This document shows positions 52,930-63,362 of a stretch of DNA of 64,000 nt, in pieces (position 1 is the stretch's first letter; each line of letters opens with the position of its first letter). The translations under genes were made by a program, and so were the position numbers. The stretch is from an uncultured Pelagibacteraceae bacterium (GTDB taxonomy: Bacteria; Pseudomonadota; Alphaproteobacteria; Pelagibacterales; Pelagibacteraceae). The notes under the pieces are model-generated. The model searched no databases. It was not told the DNA's origin and worked only from the letters and a program-made list of their open reading frames with translations. The stretch lies in assembly GCA_902571135.1 (NCBI GenBank), contig CACGAU010000006.1, positions 20,061 through 84,060 on the forward strand, in the 5' to 3' direction.

Positions 52930-53343
52930 ATGTCAGAAACAATAGAGCAAAAATGTGTAGCAAAAGGAGTTAAATTAACCGATCAAAGAAGAGTAATTGC
53001 ACAAGTAATGTCCGAGTCTTCTGACCATCCTGATGTAGATGAACTTTATAATAGAGTGTCTAAAATTGATCCAAAAATAAGTATTGCAACTGTTTATAGA
53101 ACGGTAAAATTATTTGAAGAGTCTGGAATATTAACAAAGCATGAGTTCAAAGGTGGGAAAGCGAGATATGAGGAGCTTAATGAGGGCCATCACGATCATT
53201 TAATAGATGTGAAAACTGGTGAAATCATAGAATTTGTAGACGAAGAAATTGAAAAGTTGCAAAAAAGAGTTGCAGAAAAATATGGATATAAATTAGTAGA
53301 CCATAAATTAGAATTATATGGGGTTAAGAAAAAATCCCAATAA
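52930..53343 (+). CDS. fur: Fur-family transcriptional regulator
   Basis: T.QR, HPDVDELY, SIATVYRT, HHDHLID, HKLELYG. Confidence 0.92.
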   Translation: MSETIEQKCVAKGVKLTDQRRVIAQVMSESSDHPDVDELYNRVSKIDPKISIATVYRTVKLFEESGILTKHEFKGGKARYEELNEGHHDHLIDVKTGEIIEFVDEEIEKLQKRVAEKYGYKLVDHKLELYGVKKKSQ

Positions 53344-53345
53344 TT

Positions 53346-54674
53346 ATGAATCAAAAAATATTTATTAAAACTTTTGGATGTCAAATGAATGAGTATGACT
53401 CTAATAGAATATATGATTCAGTTAAAAAAATTGGTTATGAAAAAACAGAAAAATATGAAGAAGCAAACTGTTATCTTTTAAACACATGTCACATTAGGGA
53501 CAAAGCAAAAGAAAAAGTTTATCATGAAATAGGTAGAGTGAAAAAAATTTTTAGATTTAAAAAAAAACCATTAGTGATTATTGCAGGGTGTGTTGCTCAA
53601 GCAGAAAACCAAGAGATGATTAAAAGAGAACCTTACATAGATTTAGTTATTGGTCCTCAAGCCTATCATAAAATTAATGATACTATTTTAAATTATACTG
53701 AGAAAAAGAAAAAGATAGAAGAGACTGAGTTTGATGCAGTTTCTAAATTTAAATATTTAAGCAAAATAAAAAATGAAGCTGGAAAAGTTTCATCTTTTTT
53801 AACTATTCAAGAAGGATGTGATAAGTTTTGTCATTTTTGTGTGGTTCCATATACAAGAGGACCAGAATATTCTAGACCATTTAAACAAATTTTGGATGAA
53901 GCAAAATATTTAGCTGATAATGGTGCAAAAGAAATAATTTTACTTGGTCAAAATGTAAATGCTTATGATAATGAAGGATACAGATTATCAGATTTGATTT
54001 TAAATATTGAAAAAATATCTGAAATTAAGAGAGTTAGATATACAACATCTCACCCAAAAGATATGACTGAAGATTTGATTGAAGTATATAAAACCTCTAA
54101 AAAGTTAATGCCACTTGTGCATTTACCTGTCCAAAGTGGATCTAATAAAATTTTAAACTCAATGAATAGAAAACATACTATTGATGAATATCTAAATACT
54201 TTTGATAAATTAAAAGAAATTAATCCAAAGATAGAATTTTCAAGTGATTTTATTATAGGTTATCCCGGTGAAGAAGATCAGGATTTTAAAGATACCTTTA
54301 ATTTAATTCAAAGGGTTAAATTTATTAACTCTTACTCTTTCATCTTTAGCCCAAGACCTGGAACAGTCGCCGAAAATTTAGACTTAATTGAAAAAAAAAT
54401 TTCTTTTAAAAGATTAGAAAAAATTCAAAATGTTTTATTCGAAAATCAAATCCAAATGAACTACTCATTGAAGGGAAAAGTTATAGATGTTTTGGTTGAA
54501 AATTTAACCGACGATAAGAGCAAAGCTTTTGGTAGATCTGAGTATATGACATCTGTAATTTTTAATGGTAAAAAGAATGATATTGGAAAAATAGTACAAG
54601 TGAGAATTAAAGATAGTAATAGAAATACTTTATTCGGTGAAGTTATAACTAATTCGGATCAGAAGGTTGCATAG
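53346..54674 (+). CDS. miaB: tRNA methylthiotransferase MiaB
   Basis: TFGCQMN.YDS, GCVAQ, CDKFCHFC radical-SAM motif, TRAM domain. Confidence 0.97.
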   Translation: MNQKIFIKTFGCQMNEYDSNRIYDSVKKIGYEKTEKYEEANCYLLNTCHIRDKAKEKVYHEIGRVKKIFRFKKKPLVIIAGCVAQAENQEMIKREPYIDLVIGPQAYHKINDTILNYTEKKKKIEETEFDAVSKFKYLSKIKNEAGKVSSFLTIQEGCDKFCHFCVVPYTRGPEYSRPFKQILDEAKYLADNGAKEIILLGQNVNAYDNEGYRLSDLILNIEKISEIKRVRYTTSHPKDMTEDLIEVYKTSKKLMPLVHLPVQSGSNKILNSMNRKHTIDEYLNTFDKLKEINPKIEFSSDFIIGYPGEEDQDFKDTFNLIQRVKFINSYSFIFSPRPGTVAENLDLIEKKISFKRLEKIQNVLFENQIQMNYSLKGKVIDVLVENLTDDKSKAFGRSEYMTSVIFNGKKNDIGKIVQVRIKDSNRNTLFGEVITNSDQKVA

Positions 54675-54677
54675 AAT

Positions 54678-55673
54678 TTGAGTGGAATAACTAAAAAAAA
54701 TATCGATCAGTCTTTAAAATTTGTTTATTCAGATAACAATTCTTTAAGTGTTATATTTCACGACAATAACTTGTTAATGGGTGTTGTTGGGGAATTTAAT
54801 AAAAATTTACAAGAATTAGAAAAAATTACAAATTGTAGCTTATATTCAAGGGGAAATTCAATTTTAATTAAATCAACACCTCAAAAGAATGAAAAAATTA
54901 AAAACGCTATTCAATTTTTAGCTAATCAGTTTATTAATAATGGAAGTATAGAGAATAAAGATATACTTTCATCAGTTGATAACTTTATGATTAATGAAAA
55001 AGTAAAAAATAATAACGTTACAGACATAATTAAAACACCCAAGAAATCTATAATTCCTAGATCTGAGAAACAAAAAAGCTATGTGAGAGCTTTGAGGGAG
55101 AGTGATATTGTAATTTCAGCTGGACCAGCAGGAACAGGAAAAACTTTTTTGGCAGTAGCCGTAGGCTTAACTATGCTTTTAGAAAAAAAGATTGAGAGAA
55201 TTATTCTTTCAAGACCGGCCGTAGAAGCGGGTGAGCGTTTGGGATTTTTGCCAGGCGATATGAAGGAAAAAGTAGATCCTTATCTTAGACCTTTATATGA
55301 CTCTTTATATGATCTCTTCGACTTTGAAAAAATACAGCGAATGATTGAGATCGGAGATATAGAGATTGCACCTTTAGCTTTTATGAGAGGTAGAACTTTA
55401 AAAAATTCCTTTGCAATTTTAGATGAAGCACAAAATGCTACAGATACTCAGATTAAAATGTTTCTAACACGTATTGGAGAAAATTCAAAAATTGTTGTAA
55501 ATGGTGACCCATCTCAAATTGATTTACCAAATAAAAGCATGTCAGGATTAGTTCGATCAAAAGAGTTACTAGGGCATTTAAAGGAAATATCCATAGTTGA
55601 TTTTGATCATTCAGATGTAGTTAGACATCCACTTGTTTCTAAAATAGTTAAAGCATACTCAAATAATGATTAG
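54678..55673 (+). CDS. PhoH-family ATPase (YbeZ)
   Basis: GPAGTGKT, RPAVEAGE.LGFLPG, MRGRT, DEAQN, VVRHPLV. Confidence 0.95.
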   Translation: MSGITKKNIDQSLKFVYSDNNSLSVIFHDNNLLMGVVGEFNKNLQELEKITNCSLYSRGNSILIKSTPQKNEKIKNAIQFLANQFINNGSIENKDILSSVDNFMINEKVKNNNVTDIIKTPKKSIIPRSEKQKSYVRALRESDIVISAGPAGTGKTFLAVAVGLTMLLEKKIERIILSRPAVEAGERLGFLPGDMKEKVDPYLRPLYDSLYDLFDFEKIQRMIEIGDIEIAPLAFMRGRTLKNSFAILDEAQNATDTQIKMFLTRIGENSKIVVNGDPSQIDLPNKSMSGLVRSKELLGHLKEISIVDFDHSDVVRHPLVSKIVKAYSNND

Positions 55674-56127
55674 TATTAATGTCTTCTCTGAGGAGAAGGC
55701 TTGGTCAAAAAGACTTAAAAATAAGGACATTTTTTTTAAAAAAATATGTAAAGCTTTTCCAAAAAAATATAAATTTTTGAATAAAAAAGTAACCTTAACA
55801 CTATTACTTTCAAATAATCAGAATATTAAAAAATTAAATAAAGTTTTTAGAAAAAAAAATAAATCTACCGATATATTATCTTTTCCATTAGATAAAAAAA
55901 TAAAAATTAAAAAAAATACTTATTTGGGAGACATTATCATCAGCTATAATTATCTAGACAAACCAAGATCACAAGATTTAAAATCTTTTAAAGAAAAAGT
56001 TACTAAAATATTCATACATGGTTTTCTTCATCTTTTAGGATTTGATCATAAAAAAAATAAAGACTATTCGAAAATGTTAAAAGAGGAAAATCTATTATAT
56101 AAATCTGTGCAATCGAAAATAAATTAA
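55666..56127 (+). CDS. ybeY: Endoribonuclease YbeY
   Basis: TDILSFP, LGDI, HGFLHLLGFDH. Confidence 0.96.
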   Translation: MISINVFSEEKAWSKRLKNKDIFFKKICKAFPKKYKFLNKKVTLTLLLSNNQNIKKLNKVFRKKNKSTDILSFPLDKKIKIKKNTYLGDIIISYNYLDKPRSQDLKSFKEKVTKIFIHGFLHLLGFDHKKNKDYSKMLKEENLLYKSVQSKIN

Positions 56128-56128
56128 A

Positions 56129-57673
56129 TTGAAAAATAAATTTTATATTGAATTAATTTATTTAATTTTATTAGGAGCTCTTACTTCCTTAAGTTTATCT
56201 CCATTTAATTATGTTATAATAAATTTTTTAACTCTTAGTTTATTCTATATATTTTTAATAAAAAAAATTGAGTTTTATAAAAATAAAAAAATATTTTTTC
56301 TTTATGGTTGGCTTTTTGGGTTTGGTTATTTTGTAAGTAATTTATATTGGATCTCAATATCATTAACGTTTGATCAAAATTTTAAGTTTTTAATACCATT
56401 TACAATAATATTAATACCTGGTTTTTTAGCCTTGTTTTATGCTTTAGTTGCTTATTTATTTGCAGTTTTTAAACCAAATAAAAATTTGAGTTCATTTTTT
56501 CTTTTTTCTTTAATATTTGGAATAATAGAGTTTCTACGAGGATCAATACTAACTGGTTTCCCATGGAATTTAATTGCTTACAGTTTCTCTAATCAAATCG
56601 AAATTTTAAACATTACATCAGTTATAGGTACATACAGCTTTAATCTTTTCTGTATTTCATTATTTACAAGCCCATCAATATTTATTTTAAGAGAAAATAA
56701 AAAAGATATTAGCGTATGTGTTGCGTTTCTTATTACAACGTTATCATTTTATGTACTTGGTTCACAAAATTTAGAAAAATTTAATAATCAGGAAGTAAAA
56801 AATCTTGACTATAAAATAAGAATTTTAAGTTCAAATATAAGTATAGATAGATTTTATAACAATGTTGATCCTATAACTGCAATAGAAGAACTAATTGAAA
56901 TTAGTTCTCCCAAAAAAAGTGAAAAAATAATTTTTATCTGGCCAGAGGGTATAATTCCAGGTATTTCACAAGACCAATTAAAAGAATACAAGTGGTTATT
57001 TGAAAATAAATTTAACGAAAATCATTTGTTAGCAATTGGAATTAATAGCAAAGAAAATGAAAATAAAACTATTAAATATTTTAATTCATTATCTATTTTT
57101 GATCATGATCTCAATTTAATAAATTCATATAAAAAAATTAATCTTGTTCCTTTTGGTGAATTTTTACCTTTTGAAAAAATATTAAAAGGTATTGGCCTTA
57201 AAACAATTACTAATGAATACCAATCATACTCAAAAGGTGAAGAAAGAAACATAATTGATCTAAAATTTAGTAATTTATCAGTGAAAATATTGCCTCTAAT
57301 TTGTTATGAGATAATTTATTCTGGTAAAATTTTCACAAACAGCAACTTTGATTATATCGTAAATATTTCAGAAGATGGTTGGTTTGGCAAATCAATTGGT
57401 CCAGAGCAACATTTAACTCATAGTATTTTTAGAGCGATAGAGAGTGGGAAATATGTTTTAAGGTCTGCAAATAATGGGACAACAGCAATTATTAATCCAC
57501 TAGGAGTTATTGAGCAAAAAGTTGATATAAATAAATCAGGTTACATTGATTTAATTGTGTCTAGAAAAATTGAGACAACTCTATTTGCAAAATTTGGAAA
57601 CAAAATTTTTGGATTTATAATTTTATTGTATATTTTTTTGATATTTTCATTTAAGAAACTTAGAAATGAGTAA
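56129..57673 (+). CDS. lnt: Apolipoprotein N-acyltransferase
   Basis: GFPW, WPE, K..LVPFGE, ICYE, DGWFG, RAIE.G...RSAN. Confidence 0.95.
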   Translation: MKNKFYIELIYLILLGALTSLSLSPFNYVIINFLTLSLFYIFLIKKIEFYKNKKIFFLYGWLFGFGYFVSNLYWISISLTFDQNFKFLIPFTIILIPGFLALFYALVAYLFAVFKPNKNLSSFFLFSLIFGIIEFLRGSILTGFPWNLIAYSFSNQIEILNITSVIGTYSFNLFCISLFTSPSIFILRENKKDISVCVAFLITTLSFYVLGSQNLEKFNNQEVKNLDYKIRILSSNISIDRFYNNVDPITAIEELIEISSPKKSEKIIFIWPEGIIPGISQDQLKEYKWLFENKFNENHLLAIGINSKENENKTIKYFNSLSIFDHDLNLINSYKKINLVPFGEFLPFEKILKGIGLKTITNEYQSYSKGEERNIIDLKFSNLSVKILPLICYEIIYSGKIFTNSNFDYIVNISEDGWFGKSIGPEQHLTHSIFRAIESGKYVLRSANNGTTAIINPLGVIEQKVDINKSGYIDLIVSRKIETTLFAKFGNKIFGFIILLYIFLIFSFKKLRNE

Positions 57674-58835
57674 TTTGAAAAATTATCTTTTCACAAGCGA
57701 GTCTGTTTCTGAAGGCCATCCGGATAAAGTCTCTGATAGAATTTCAGATATGGTTGTTGATAGTTTTATTTCTGGAGATCCGTATTCCAGAGTTGCCTGC
57801 GAAACACTAACTACTACAAATAAAGTTGTTTTAGCTGGTGAAATAAGGGGACCAGAAATTAAAAAAGATGAATTAATTCAAAAAGTAAGGAATTGTATAA
57901 AAGATATTGGTTATGACCAAGAAGGATTTACTTGGAAAGAAGCCACAAAAATTGAAATTCATTTACATTCCCAATCTACTGATATTGCTATGGGAGTGGA
58001 CTCATCAGGAAATAAAGATGAAGGAGCTGGAGATCAAGGTATCATGTTTGGATACGCATGTAATGAAACAGATGTTTTAATGCCAGCACCAATTCATTAT
58101 TCTCATAAAATTTTAAGATTGATGGCGGAAGACAGAAAGTCAGGAAAGTTAAAAAATATTGAACCAGACTCAAAAAGCCAAGTAACATTTGAATATGTTG
58201 ATGGAAAACCTTCAAAAGTAAAATCTGTAGTTATCTCTTCACAACATTCAGCTGATGTTAATCAAGCACAAGTAAGAGATTTATTAAGACCTTATATGTT
58301 AAAATCTATTCCTGAGAATTTTCTTAATGGTTTTAATGAAGATGAGTTTTATGTAAATCCAACAGGTAATTTCGTGATTGGTGGTCCCGATGGAGATTGT
58401 GGTTTGACAGGTAGAAAAATTATTGTCGATACATATGGTGGCGCTGCACCTCATGGTGGTGGTGCTTTTTCAGGAAAAGATCCAACTAAAGTTGACAGAT
58501 CGGCAGCTTACGCAGCGAGGTATATTGCTAAAAATGTTGTAGGTTCAAAAATTTCTGACAAATGTTTAATTCAATTAGCTTATGCAATTGGTGTATCAAA
58601 ACCATTATCTATATATGTCGATTTATTTGATAACGATTTAGATAAAAATAAATTTGTTGTAGAAAAGATTAAAGAAAATTTTGATTTAAGCCCTAGAGGT
58701 ATCAGAGAAATGTTAAATTTAAACAAACCAATATATGAAAAAACATCTGCCTATGGTCATTTTGGTAGATCACCTGAGGAAAATGGTTCATTTTCATGGG
58801 AAAAAACTGATAAAACTAACGTTTTTTCTAAATAG
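57666..58835 (+). CDS. metK: S-adenosylmethionine synthetase
   Basis: [28 protein letters not shown]. Confidence 0.98.
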   Translation: MSNLKNYLFTSESVSEGHPDKVSDRISDMVVDSFISGDPYSRVACETLTTTNKVVLAGEIRGPEIKKDELIQKVRNCIKDIGYDQEGFTWKEATKIEIHLHSQSTDIAMGVDSSGNKDEGAGDQGIMFGYACNETDVLMPAPIHYSHKILRLMAEDRKSGKLKNIEPDSKSQVTFEYVDGKPSKVKSVVISSQHSADVNQAQVRDLLRPYMLKSIPENFLNGFNEDEFYVNPTGNFVIGGPDGDCGLTGRKIIVDTYGGAAPHGGGAFSGKDPTKVDRSAAYAARYIAKNVVGSKISDKCLIQLAYAIGVSKPLSIYVDLFDNDLDKNKFVVEKIKENFDLSPRGIREMLNLNKPIYEKTSAYGHFGRSPEENGSFSWEKTDKTNVFSK

Positions 58836-58892
58836 TTTCTGTTGAATTAAAAAAAAACTTTACTATATTGCAACTACATTATTGAACTTTAC

Positions 58893-58919
58893 AAAATGGG
58901 CTCTAGCCCATTTTTTTTT
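58893..58919 (+). terminator. Intrinsic terminator hairpin in the nusA leader
   Basis: AAAATGGGC-TCTA-GCCCA followed by T9, immediately before GGAG. Confidence 0.8.
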
Positions 58920-58934
58920 GGAGCAAACAAAATT

Positions 58935-60488
58935 ATGTTAAATAAAAGAGCAGATAAACTTGAATTATTGAGAATTGCTGAAGCCGTAGCTTTGGAGAAA
59001 TCAATTGATAAAGAACTAATTATAAGTTCAATGGAAACAGGTATTGCCAAAGCTGCAAAATCAAAATTTGGACAGGAAAATGAAATTAAAGTTTCAATTA
59101 ATAGAGACAATGGAGATATTGAACTCTTTAGAAAATTGATAATTGCTGAAAATCCTGAAAATGCAAATACAGAGATAAAATTGGAAGATGCAATTAATTT
59201 AAATGAATTAAACAAAGATAAGTCTATTGGTGACGAAGTATTACAGCCACTTCCTTCATTTGATTTTGGAAGAATAGCTGCGCAAACCGCAAAGCAGGTG
59301 ATTAGTTTTAATGTAAGAGAAGCTGAAAGAGAAAGACAATTTAATGATTTTATTGATAAGAAAGACACTATTTTAAGTGGAATCGTAAAGAGATTAGAAT
59401 TTGGAAATGTAATTGTTGATTTAGGAAGAACTGAAGCAATAATTCAAAAAAATGAATTAATACCTCGTGAAAATATTAAAGCAGGTGATCGTATAAAAGC
59501 TTATTGTTATGATGTTAGAAGAGAACCTAGAGGGCAACAAATATTTCTATCTAGAGCTCATCCTAAATTTATGGAAAAGCTTTTTGTTCAAGAGGTTCCC
59601 GAAATTTATGATGGACTAATAGAAATTAAATCTTCTTCAAGAGATCCTGGAAGTAGAGCTAAAATATGCGTGAAAGCAGTTGATACATCTCTAGATCCAG
59701 TAGGTGCTTGTGTAGGTATGAGAGGTTCAAGAGTTCAAGCTGTTGTAAATGAACTTCAAGGAGAGAAAATTGATATAGTTAATTGGTCTGAGGACCCTGC
59801 TATTTTGGTTTCAAATGCCTTATCCCCTGCTGAAGTACAAAGAGTTAATGTTGATAGTGAAAGAAAAAAACTTGATGTAATTCTTACTGAGGAAAATTTA
59901 AGCAAAGCAATTGGGAGGAGAGGTCAAAATGTAAGACTTGCGACTAAACTCTTAAATTATGAAATCAATATAATGACAGATGCAGAAGACTCTGAACGAA
60001 GACAATTAGAATTTAAAGAAAAAACAGAGAACTTTGTAAAAAATTTAGAGTTAGATGAAACGTTGGGTCAGTTACTTGTTGCTGAAGGTTTTTCAACTAT
60101 TGATGATATTAAAGATAGTTCAGCTGAAAATTTAATGAAGATTGAAGGAATAGAAGAAGATACTGCCAAAGCATTGATAGAGAGAGCTAAAGAGTTTCAT
60201 GAAAAGGATCAAGAGGATATTTCTCAGAGAATTAAAGAATTAGGTCTGGAAGATGCCTTGATTAATTTAAAGGGATTAACACCAGGAATGTTAGTCACAC
60301 TTGGTGAACAAAAAATTTTAAGTTTAGAAGACTTTGCAGACTTAGCATCTGATGAATTAACTGGTGGTTATGACGTGGTTAAAGGTGAGAGAGTGAAAAT
60401 CCAAGGTTATCTGGAAGATTTTGCTTTATCTAAAGAAGAAGCGGATGAACTAATTATGTCTGCCAGAAAAATTGTTTATAAAGATTGA
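58935..60488 (+). CDS. nusA: Transcription factor NusA
   Basis: FGRIAAQTAKQ, S1/KH domains, DPVGACVG.RG.R, AIGRRGQNVRLA; start placed at MLNKRAD after GGAG. Confidence 0.97.
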   Translation: MLNKRADKLELLRIAEAVALEKSIDKELIISSMETGIAKAAKSKFGQENEIKVSINRDNGDIELFRKLIIAENPENANTEIKLEDAINLNELNKDKSIGDEVLQPLPSFDFGRIAAQTAKQVISFNVREAERERQFNDFIDKKDTILSGIVKRLEFGNVIVDLGRTEAIIQKNELIPRENIKAGDRIKAYCYDVRREPRGQQIFLSRAHPKFMEKLFVQEVPEIYDGLIEIKSSSRDPGSRAKICVKAVDTSLDPVGACVGMRGSRVQAVVNELQGEKIDIVNWSEDPAILVSNALSPAEVQRVNVDSERKKLDVILTEENLSKAIGRRGQNVRLATKLLNYEINIMTDAEDSERRQLEFKEKTENFVKNLELDETLGQLLVAEGFSTIDDIKDSSAENLMKIEGIEEDTAKALIERAKEFHEKDQEDISQRIKELGLEDALINLKGLTPGMLVTLGEQKILSLEDFADLASDELTGGYDVVKGERVKIQGYLEDFALSKEEADELIMSARKIVYKD

Positions 60489-60498
60489 GTGATGAGGT

Positions 60499-62718
60499 AT
60501 GGAGAAAAAAACAAAATTAACAATTTCAGGCTCAGCCAAAAAATCAATCAAGAACATTGAGATTGCTAAATCACAAGGAAAAAATTCTGTAGTAATTGAA
60601 AAACAAACTGGAAAATTCTCGAGTAGAGGAGGATCATTTAGATCTACAACAAATAAGCCAAGAACAACCTCAACTTTCAACAGAGGAACACCATTAAAAC
60701 CTTCATTTAATCCTAAATCACCCCCTATAACAAACGATTTTGAAAAGAGAAAACTAGCAGAGCAAAGAGCTACTAAACGACTTAAAGGAGATAGTGAAAA
60801 CAAAGATAGAAAAACTTTAAAAGCAGGAACAAAGAAGAGAGAGTTAAAGTTAACTGTATCAAGAGCACTAAGTGATGAGATTGATGCAAAACAAAGAAGT
60901 TTAGCATCAGTAAAGAGAGCAAGACAAAAAGAAATTAAAAATGCTACAAAAGATGATACTCAAGAAAATTCAAAACCGATTAAAAGAGATGTCAATATTC
61001 CTGAAGCAATCACAGTAAGAGAACTTGCAAATAGAATGGCTGAACAATCAAGCAATGTAATTAAGCATTTATTTGGTATGGGTGTTACTGTGACTATCAA
61101 TCAAACATTGGCCGCAGATACTGCAGAATATTTAGTTAAAGAATTTGGTCATAATCCAATTAGGGAAGAGAAAGCAGAAGAAATAATTCAAAAAATAAAA
61201 GCTTCAAGAACAGAAAATTTAAAAAATCGACCACCAATAGTTACCGTCATGGGCCATGTTGATCATGGTAAAACATCAGTACTAGATGTGCTAAGAAGTG
61301 CGAACGTGGTTTCAGGAGAATTTGGTGGGATAACCCAACACATTGGAGCTTATCAAATTGAAAGCCAGGATAATAAATTAACATTTATTGATACCCCAGG
61401 TCATGCTGCATTTACAGAAATGAGAGCAAGAGGATCAAAATTAACAGACGTAGTTGTTTTAGTAGTCGCTGCTGATGATGGGGTTAAACCTCAAACAGTT
61501 GAGTCTATTAAACATGCTAAAGCTGCAAATGTTCCAATAGTTGTAGCAATAAATAAATGTGATTTACCAGAAGCAGATCCTCAGAAAATAAAAAATCAAT
61601 TATTAGAACACGAATTGATCGCTGAAGATTTATCTGGTGATACTTTAATGGTTGAAATTTCAACTAAAACAAAACAAAACTTAGACAAATTAGTTGAGTC
61701 TATAATACTTCAAGCTGAGATTTTAGATCTTAAAACAGATTATGAATCTAAAGCTACAGGTATAGTCTTAGAGTCTAAAATTGATGTTGGTAGAGGTCCG
61801 GTAGCAAATATAATTGTTACCACTGGAACTCTCAAGAGAGGTGATTTTTTTGTAAGCGGTTTAAAGTGGGGAAAAGTAAGAGCTATTATTAATGATAAAG
61901 GTAAAAATATCAATGAAGCATTACCTTCAACACCTGTTGAAATTTTAGGAATAAATGGTGCGGCAAAAGCTGGTGATGATTTTATTGTACTAGATACAGA
62001 AAAAGAAGCCAAGACATTGAGTGAAAACAGAGCTCAAGAAAGTAAAGATGGAAAAAATCCACTAACTTTTGCAACTCAAGATTCTGCTTTCTCAGATAAA
62101 TCTACAGAAGAATTAAATTTAATTATTAAATCTGATGTACATGGATCATCAGAAGCAATTAAAAATGCAATTAGCCAAATTAAGCATGATGAAGTCAAAC
62201 CTAAAATAATTTTAGCAGATATTGGAATGGTAACAGAGACTGACGTTACATTAGCAAAAGCATCGAACGCAGTATTAATAGCCTTCAATGTTAAACCAAG
62301 CAAAGAAGCAAAAAAACTTGCTGAAAATGAAAAAATAAAAATATCCTCATACAATATTATTTATGAAGTTTTAGATTATATTAAACAAAGAATGTCAGGA
62401 TTATTGGCACCTGATGTCCAAGAAACAATTACTGGTACTGCACAAATCTTGGAAATATTTAAAGTCTCAGGTGCAGGAAAAGTTGCAGGTTCAAAAGTAA
62501 CTGAAGGAGAAATTAATAGTACTTCAGATGTTAGAATTATTAGGGACGGTGCTATTATTTATACTGGAAAAGTTTCATCAATATTTAGAGAAAAAAATCA
62601 GGTAAAACAGGTAAGTGGTGGTCAAGAATGTGGAATTACAGTTAAAGATTATATGGATTTCCAAAAAAATGACACAATAGAAGCTTTTAGTGTTACATCC
62701 ACAGAGAGGTCAATTTAA
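60499..62718 (+). CDS. infB: Translation initiation factor IF-2
   Basis: MGHVDHGKT, GGITQHIGA, DTPGH, NKCD. Confidence 0.98.
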   Translation: MEKKTKLTISGSAKKSIKNIEIAKSQGKNSVVIEKQTGKFSSRGGSFRSTTNKPRTTSTFNRGTPLKPSFNPKSPPITNDFEKRKLAEQRATKRLKGDSENKDRKTLKAGTKKRELKLTVSRALSDEIDAKQRSLASVKRARQKEIKNATKDDTQENSKPIKRDVNIPEAITVRELANRMAEQSSNVIKHLFGMGVTVTINQTLAADTAEYLVKEFGHNPIREEKAEEIIQKIKASRTENLKNRPPIVTVMGHVDHGKTSVLDVLRSANVVSGEFGGITQHIGAYQIESQDNKLTFIDTPGHAAFTEMRARGSKLTDVVVLVVAADDGVKPQTVESIKHAKAANVPIVVAINKCDLPEADPQKIKNQLLEHELIAEDLSGDTLMVEISTKTKQNLDKLVESIILQAEILDLKTDYESKATGIVLESKIDVGRGPVANIIVTTGTLKRGDFFVSGLKWGKVRAIINDKGKNINEALPSTPVEILGINGAAKAGDDFIVLDTEKEAKTLSENRAQESKDGKNPLTFATQDSAFSDKSTEELNLIIKSDVHGSSEAIKNAISQIKHDEVKPKIILADIGMVTETDVTLAKASNAVLIAFNVKPSKEAKKLAENEKIKISSYNIIYEVLDYIKQRMSGLLAPDVQETITGTAQILEIFKVSGAGKVAGSKVTEGEINSTSDVRIIRDGAIIYTGKVSSIFREKNQVKQVSGGQECGITVKDYMDFQKNDTIEAFSVTSTERSI

Positions 62719-63086
62719 TGGCAGATAGAATAGGAAAACCGGTATCTCAAAGACAGCTTAGAGTAGGAGAAATGATCAAACAGTCTTTAAGCATGATTTT
62801 TATAAGAAATGAGGCTAAGGTGCCCAATTTAGAAACAAATACTATAACGGTTACGGAGGTTAGAATGAGTCCTGATTTAAAAATTGCTAAAGCATATGTT
62901 CTTCCTTTAGGAGGAAAAGATGCAGAGGAAACAATTAATGTTTTAAAGGAATACTCATTTTTAATTAGAAAAATTTTATCACAAAAAGTGGTTATGAAAT
63001 TTTTACCAAAATTACTTTTTAGAAAAGATGAATCTTTTGAGTATGCGGAAAAAATAGAAAACTTAATAAAACAAACAAATAAATAG
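62718..63086 (+). CDS. rbfA: Ribosome-binding factor A
   Basis: RQLRVGE, TVTEV.MSPDL..A, P.L.F..D.S. Confidence 0.95.
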   Translation: MADRIGKPVSQRQLRVGEMIKQSLSMIFIRNEAKVPNLETNTITVTEVRMSPDLKIAKAYVLPLGGKDAEETINVLKEYSFLIRKILSQKVVMKFLPKLLFRKDESFEYAEKIENLIKQTNK

Positions 63087-63098
63087 GAAGAAAGAGGC

Positions 63099-63347
63099 AT
63101 GAACAAAAAGGCACAAGAATTAGCAATGCATGATAAAGATACTGGATCTTCAGAGATACAAATCGCTTTGCTAACAGAGAAAATTGAAACTCTCTCTAAA
63201 CATATTAAGCAATTCAAAAAGGATAAACATTCATCTGTTGGATTGCTGAGAGCGGTAAATAGAAGAAAGAAATTGTTAGAATACCTAAAGAAAAATAAAA
63301 TGGATTCTTACAAAAATGTACTGTCGAAATTGAATTTAAGAAAATAG
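63099..63347 (+). CDS. rpsO: 30S ribosomal protein S15
   Basis: DTGSSEIQIALLT, HxKDKHS..GL...V.RR..LL.YL. Confidence 0.97.
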   Translation: MNKKAQELAMHDKDTGSSEIQIALLTEKIETLSKHIKQFKKDKHSSVGLLRAVNRRKKLLEYLKKNKMDSYKNVLSKLNLRK

Positions 63348-63362
63348 AAGTCAAGATAGATA

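Noticed and set aside
57600-57670. SAM riboswitch upstream of metK
   Set aside because: metK overlaps lnt by 8 bp; no leader or SAM-II/SAM-V-like motif visible
58896-58934. ORF-track N-terminal extension of NusA (MGSSPFFFGANKI)
   Set aside because: It is the terminator hairpin read in frame; GGAG supports the start at 58935
2618-63217. About 30 antisense or alternate-frame ORFs of 60-159 aa in the ORF track (e.g. 2618-2980, 19578-19907, 58889-59368, 62747-63217)
   Set aside because: They lie inside well-conserved genes, are Phe/Ser/Leu/Ile-rich mirrors of Lys/Glu/Asn codons and show no recognisable motifs
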